Shown one piece after another: positions 7,025-10,445 of a DNA stretch of 10,445 nucleotides. Numbering within the stretch: the first letter of the stretch is position 1; each line of letters opens with the position of its first letter. This DNA comes from Candidatus Zixiibacteriota bacterium (GTDB taxonomy: Bacteria; Zixibacteria; MSB-5A5; GN15; FEB-12): NCBI GenBank assembly GCA_041742355.1, contig JBGSIV010000269.1, positions 1 through 10,445 on the forward strand. The letters run 5' to 3'. The translations under genes were made by a program, and so were the position numbers. Below the pieces are notes generated by a model. It was not told the DNA's origin. It saw only the letters and a list, made by a program, of their open reading frames with translations, and did not search any database.

Positions 7025-7945
7025 TCAGAACCAGCCGTAGCCGGTCCAGATAGCGATGCCGATATGGACGCCCATAATGATGTACATAATAATGGCGAAG
7101 GGCTTGTGAATAACGTGCCAGTAGTGAAAGAGGCGCTGCACGCGTGCCAGAACCGCAAGTCGTCGGCGCAACAACGCGCGCCTCTTCGCCGCGGCGAAGA
7201 GGCGGTCAAACGCCTTCCCCGACAGGTGGAAGCGGAGCGAGAGAGACCGCCTGAGGTGCAGATCGGTCCAGGGACGCCGCAGGTCGGTCCAGATCAGGCG
7301 GGCGACGGCACCAAGGGCACCGGCGGATCCAACCGAATAGGCAGCCTCGACCTGGTTTGAAATGGTCCCCGCGTCCGACTGATCGATGCGAGCGGTGGAC
7401 TGCATATCGCCTGCGAGCTGCGCAATCAGGCGGTCGATTTCCTGCAGGTTGAGCTCGCGGTCATCGACGTCGCGCGGAATCTGCTGGTAGAGGTAGCGTC
7501 CGAAGTAGCCACTGAGAGCAACCGCCACCATCGACCAGAAGGCAATCGCCACGAGCCCCTGCACTTTGAACGAAGTGTGCAGAAGAATGAAGAGCGGCCC
7601 GAAGACGCCCATGAAGATGTGGAAGTCGAGAAACGGCCGCAGCGGGAGACGTCGGCCAAGAACGCGGGTGCGCTTGCGAAGCGTGTACACGAGCATGAGC
7701 ACCATCATAGCCGATCCGATAATGCCGAAGGTCAAGCCGAGGCGACCAGCCGGCCGGAGGGAACGGTAATCGGAGTGGTGGGGCCGCTCGACATAGGGTG
7801 TGCCGTAGTAGGACAGCCCGGCGGCGATGAAATACACGATGACGGCAAAACCAACCATATACGCGGCCGGCAGGAGAAACCGCCGGAGCGATGTTCCGGG
7901 CCGTCGTTCCCGGGTGTCTGGAGATGTAAGCAGTACTTCGTTCAT
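7025..7945 (-). CDS. Inner-membrane protein (~5 TM), putative di-heme b, ferric-reductase-like transmembrane electron carrier (306 aa)
   Basis: Five hydrophobic segments. His109/His123 (FHIFMGVFGPLFILLH) lie in TM3 and His280/His294 (IHKPFAIIMYIIMGVH) in TM5, each pair spaced i,i+14. A ~100-aa soluble helical loop separates TM4 and TM5. Confidence 0.75.
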   Translation of the reverse strand: MNEVLLTSPDTRERRPGTSLRRFLLPAAYMVGFAVIVYFIAAGLSYYGTPYVERPHHSDYRSLRPAGRLGLTFGIIGSAMMVLMLVYTLRKRTRVLGRRLPLRPFLDFHIFMGVFGPLFILLHTSFKVQGLVAIAFWSMVAVALSGYFGRYLYQQIPRDVDDRELNLQEIDRLIAQLAGDMQSTARIDQSDAGTISNQVEAAYSVGSAGALGAVARLIWTDLRRPWTDLHLRRSLSLRFHLSGKAFDRLFAAAKRRALLRRRLAVLARVQRLFHYWHVIHKPFAIIMYIIMGVHIGIAIWTGYGWF

Positions 7946-8174
7946 TTGCCCGTCATAATCTTGGAAGATGAAGCAGTCACAATTCTGGATGCCGGTCGCC
8001 GATCTCAGATACTAATATGAACTTCGACTCCGTCCCCATCCACAAAAATAATCGGCCTCAATACTCCCGATTCATCTTTTGCTTGCACAGCGGCGGCCAC
8101 AATCTTATCTGTAAAGCGTCAGACAACTTGCATTCATAGTGCCGGCACTTCACTCAAGGGCAAGGAACGCGATC
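7946..8174. promoter_or_regulatory. Divergent promoter region between the cytochrome operon and the crotonase gene
   Basis: AT-richer 229-bp gap between divergent starts. A weak + strand candidate TTGCAC(8083-8088)-17 bp-TATCTG(8106-8111) is present. No convincing FNR, Fur or CRP box seen. Confidence 0.4.
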
Positions 8175-8924
8175 ATGATGCAGACGGAACGCAAAGGTGC
8201 GACTCTGGTCATTCGCCTGGACCGATCGGTAACGAACGCCATTAACGCCGAAATGGTCGCGGCGCTGTCGGAAACGCTTGTCCTGTTGTCCAACGACCCC
8301 GAGGTTGCGGCCCTCGTTCTCTCCACGACCAGCGAGAAGTTCTTCTCGATCGGGCTCGACATTCCGTCGCTCTTCCCTCTCCCGCGCGACGCGTTTGCGC
8401 GCTTCCTGCATGACTTCAACCGTCTCAGCCTGGCGCTGCTGACGCTGCCGAGACCGACTGTCGCGGCGATCCGGGGGCACGCGGTTGCGGGGGGCTGTGT
8501 TCTGGCGTTGTGCTGTGACTACCGCGTTATCGGCGCCGGCAAGAAACTCATGGGGCTGAACGAAGCAAAGCTCGGAGTGCCTGTCCCCTACCCGGCGCTC
8601 CAGGCGCTGATGCAGGTGGTCGGCGCCGGAACCGCACGGAGGATTATCGACTCGGCCTCGTTCTATGGGCCGGGGGAGCTCCTCAGGATCGGCCTGGTGG
8701 ATCAGGTTGCCGACGGTGAGGATGCCGAGCAGACGGCCATCATTCTGGCGACTCAACTTGCGGAGATCCCGTCCCAGACGTACGGCGCAATCAAAGCGGA
8801 TCGGCTCGGCCCGATGGTCGCTGAGGTGCTTCGGCGTCAGGAGGAAAAGGAGCGAGTCTTCCTTGACTGCTGGTTTTCCGAACAAACGCAAGAGAACCTC
8901 AAGGCGGCGATGGCGAAGTTCTGA
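8175..8924 (+). CDS. Enoyl-CoA hydratase/isomerase (crotonase) family protein, likely delta3-delta2-enoyl-CoA isomerase type (249 aa)
   Basis: AAGGA RBS at 8162-8166 and ATG at 8175. Motifs FFSIGLD (oxyanion hole), AIRGHAVAGGCVLALCCDYR and MGLNEAKLGVP. The first hydratase Glu (after AGG) is absent and the single Glu in GLNE is kept, as in ECI1-type isomerases. Confidence 0.9.
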   Translation: MMQTERKGATLVIRLDRSVTNAINAEMVAALSETLVLLSNDPEVAALVLSTTSEKFFSIGLDIPSLFPLPRDAFARFLHDFNRLSLALLTLPRPTVAAIRGHAVAGGCVLALCCDYRVIGAGKKLMGLNEAKLGVPVPYPALQALMQVVGAGTARRIIDSASFYGPGELLRIGLVDQVADGEDAEQTAIILATQLAEIPSQTYGAIKADRLGPMVAEVLRRQEEKERVFLDCWFSEQTQENLKAAMAKF

Positions 8925-8966
8925 CTCTTATATTCCTTTGTCTGCCATTTGAGGCACTATCCTTTC

Positions 8967-8996
8967 AAAAAAAAGAAGGGCGGATGATATCCGCCC
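8967..8996 (-). terminator. Intrinsic terminator for minus-strand transcription; the hairpin doubles as a GTAG-type REP-like element
   Basis: Minus strand reads GGGCGGAT-ATC-ATCCGCCC (8-bp stem, 8978-8996) then TTCTTTTTTTT. It sits between convergent genes. Confidence 0.7.
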
Positions 8997-9304
8997 CTAC
9001 GGTAGAAGAAGGCACAGGTGGAGTCCGAGCGAGGGCACGACGGCCTCTACTGCGTCTCCGGTGCAGCCCGGCAAGCGCGCCGTTACTTCCTCCAATTTAT
9101 TCTTCGGCGGGGAATCTGCGGATCTTTAATATTTTCGCGCCGATTCTGAGTGTGCTCTGGAGAGAGACTCAGGGAGGATTCTGTCAAGAAGAGGCGCGTG
9201 AGCTCCGGAGCCTGTGCTCACGGCTTGCGGGGAGCGCTGGGAGGAATACAAGCGAATCTTCTGTTGTTCCCTCGCCCCGGAGTCCGGTGGTTGTCGAAGT
9301 CTCT

Positions 9305-9333
9305 CCGGACGGGGATCCGAGTCTCCCGTCCGG
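9305..9333. other. GC-rich hairpin just downstream of the chemoreceptor-fragment stop
   Basis: CCGGACGGG (9305-9313) and CCCGTCCGG (9325-9333) form a perfect 9-bp inverted repeat. There is no U-tract. Confidence 0.5.
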
Positions 9334-9361
9334 TGGCGGTCCTCACGTGGACTCAGCGTGC

Positions 9362-9660
9362 TCAGGCGTTTACTTTGAACTTGGTGACCATGTTCTGCAG
9401 GCCCTCGGCCTGGCGGTTGAGCTCTTCGGCCGCGGTGGCCGCCTGCTCCACCCCGGTGGCCGATTCCCGCGTCACCGAACTGATGTGCTCCATCGACCGG
9501 GAAATCTGCTCGACCGCGCTGGACTGCTCTTCGCTGGCCTTGGCCATCTGGGCCACCATCTCGGTCACCTTCTGGGCCATGGTCACGATCTCGCTTAAGC
9601 TCGAGCCCGCCTTGTCGGCCAGGCTGCGCCCCTTGTCCACCTCGCTGATGCCCGATGCGG
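9362..9660 (-). pseudogene. C-terminal fragment of a methyl-accepting chemotaxis protein (5'-truncated)
   Basis: SGISEVDKGRSLADKAGSSLSEIVTMAQKVTEMVAQMAKASEEQSSAVEQISRSMEHISSVTRESATGVEQAATAAEELNRQAEGLQNMVTKFKV is a typical MCP C-terminal helix with SEEQ and AEEL methylation sites. The conserved hairpin tip (LLALNAAIEAARAG) and the sensor are absent; repeat DNA lies upstream instead. Confidence 0.8.
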
Positions 9661-9666
9661 CCGCTC

Positions 9667-9692
9667 GGGGGTGACACAAGGCCACCCCCTAC
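9667..9692 (-). repeat. GTAG-type REP-like hairpin at the MCP truncation point
   Basis: Minus strand reads GTAG-GGGGTG-gccttgtgt-CACCCC. Confidence 0.6.
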
Positions 9693-9901
9693 GCGGTCGC
9701 GGGGCCACATTCCACGCGGGTTTGAGGCCACATCCTGCTCGGGCGAGAGGGACGTCGCACGTGCTCGCAGGCCTTGTCTGTCGGCGGGTGGACGCATCGA
9801 CGAATTGGGTTCGTTTGCGCAGTTTCCTCTGTGCGTTCATAGCTCTCCGCGGTCTTTTCATACTTGCTTCCCAGTCGGGTTTCTCGGGGCTTTGCCCCTC
9901 G

Positions 9902-9957
9902 GAACACCGACCTACTCCCCAACAACCTCGACCTACGCACCAAGAACACCGACCTAC
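9902..9957 (+). repeat. Three degenerate tandem units with a 21-bp period, each ending in CGACCTAC
   Basis: GAACACCGACCTAC (9902-9915), CAACCTCGACCTAC (9923-9936), GAACACCGACCTAC (9944-9957). Confidence 0.8.
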
Positions 9958-10002
9958 CATTGGGTTCGTTTGCGCAAATCTCCTGATCCAAACTCTCCCC
10001 TT

Positions 10003-10028
10003 GTCAGGCTCCAAGGAGCCTGACCTAC
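10003..10028 (-). repeat. GTAG-type REP-like hairpin
   Basis: + strand reads GTCAGGCTCC-AA-GGAGCCTGAC-CTAC. Confidence 0.8.
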
Positions 10029-10060
10029 GTCCCTTTAAGAAGAGCACTCGTATCGGGCTC

Positions 10061-10083
10061 CCCACAGCAGAGCTGTGGGTTAC
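10061..10083 (-). repeat. REP-like hairpin variant with a GTAA foot
   Basis: + strand reads CCCACAGC-AGA-GCTGTGGG-TTAC. Confidence 0.45.
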
Positions 10084-10188
10084 CTGTTGTCGTCACCCTT
10101 CGACTCCGCTCACAGGCAGCGGCCTGGTAGGGTGATTATGGGATTGGGTTCGTTTGCGCGTTTTGTCGGTTTCCATGTTTATCTGGTT

Positions 10189-10214
10189 GTCAGGCCGCAA
10201 GCGGCCTGACCTAC
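10189..10214 (-). repeat. GTAG-type REP-like hairpin
   Basis: + strand reads GTCAGGCCGC-AA-GCGGCCTGAC-CTAC. Confidence 0.8.
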
Positions 10215-10360
10215 AGGTCGGAGATTGGGTTCGTTTGTGCAATCCCGGCATACGGTAGACCTCGCCGTGACTGGGGCCCGGCCTCCGCCGGGCTGACAGA
10301 GGGGAGCCGGGGTTTTCAACACGCCCGAATGCGGGAATCCATGCCATTTCTTCTTCCTCC

Positions 10361-10434
10361 GTCAAACACGCAAAGCCGTGTTTGACCTACCATGGATTTC
10401 GGCGGTAGGTCAAGCACCGGTTTCGGTGCTTGAC
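10361..10434. repeat. Inverted pair of GTAG-type REP-like hairpins
   Basis: GTCAAACACG-CAAAGC-CGTGTTTGAC-CTAC (10361-10390), a 14-bp spacer, then GTAG-GTCAAGCACCG-GTTT-CGGTGCTTGAC (10405-10434). Confidence 0.8.
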
Positions 10435-10445
10435 ACATTCAGTCG

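Larger units (their letters stand above)
9804..10240 (+). repeat. Dispersed 17-bp direct repeat ATTGGGTTCGTTTGYGC, four copies
   Basis: Copies at 9804-9820, 9959-9975, 10143-10159 and 10224-10240 (the last has one C>T change). Start-to-start spacings are 155, 184 and 81 bp. Confidence 0.9.

Noticed and set aside
7015..7209. Longer N-termini given by the ORF track (starts at 7209, 5380, 3890, 2305, 8139)
   Set aside because: The four minus-strand extensions overlap upstream genes and bury signal or anchor sequences. Starts at 7014, 5332, 3866, 2233 and 8175 fit RBSs, stop/start coupling or domain boundaries better.
8022..8032. 11-bp match CTTCGACTCCG shared with 10098-10108
   Set aside because: The match is too short and has no flanking similarity, so it is compatible with chance.
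9000..9100. tRNA-Sec, c-di-GMP-II, fluoride riboswitch or 6S RNA
   Set aside because: Only superficial similarity. I found no T-loop/anticodon arm or conserved riboswitch core on either strand.
9182..9187. Perfect TTGACA on the minus strand as a sigma70 promoter
   Set aside because: There is no -10 hexamer at 16-18 bp spacing.
9804..10240. 17-bp repeats as a CRISPR array
   Set aside because: The repeat is too short, the spacers are 64-167 bp and irregular, and there are no cas genes or leader.
9595..10365. ORFs 9595-10065, 9655-10023, 9671-10135, 9689-9991 and 10093-10365
   Set aside because: They are translations of repeat DNA (recurring KRTQ, TNP and NEPN from the 17-mer) with no protein-like features and no HUH/Y1 transposase motifs.

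Overview
GC-rich bacterial window. Its core is a tightly coupled five-gene minus-strand operon (7945->890). In transcription order it encodes: a 5-TM membrane protein with two His pairs arranged like a di-heme-b ferric-reductase-type domain; two Sec-exported multiheme c cytochromes built from tri-heme repeats (20 and 19 CxxCH motifs, counted by hand); an outer-membrane beta-barrel with an extra N-terminal domain; and a membrane-anchored 2x[Fe-S]/FAD/NAD(P)H oxidoreductase with a circularly permuted thioredoxin-reductase-like fold and no CxxC. Together these look like a self-contained electron conduit from cytoplasmic NAD(P)H to the outer membrane (inference). Flanking genes are a phosphodiester-glycosidase-family gene that runs off the left edge and is missing from the ORF track, a divergent enoyl-CoA isomerase-type crotonase, and an orphan C-terminal fragment of a chemoreceptor. 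The right-hand ~1.5 kb is mostly non-coding. It holds GTAG-type REP-like hairpins with compensatory changes, a dispersed 17-bp motif in four copies, a 21-bp-period tandem repeat and other palindrome remnants.
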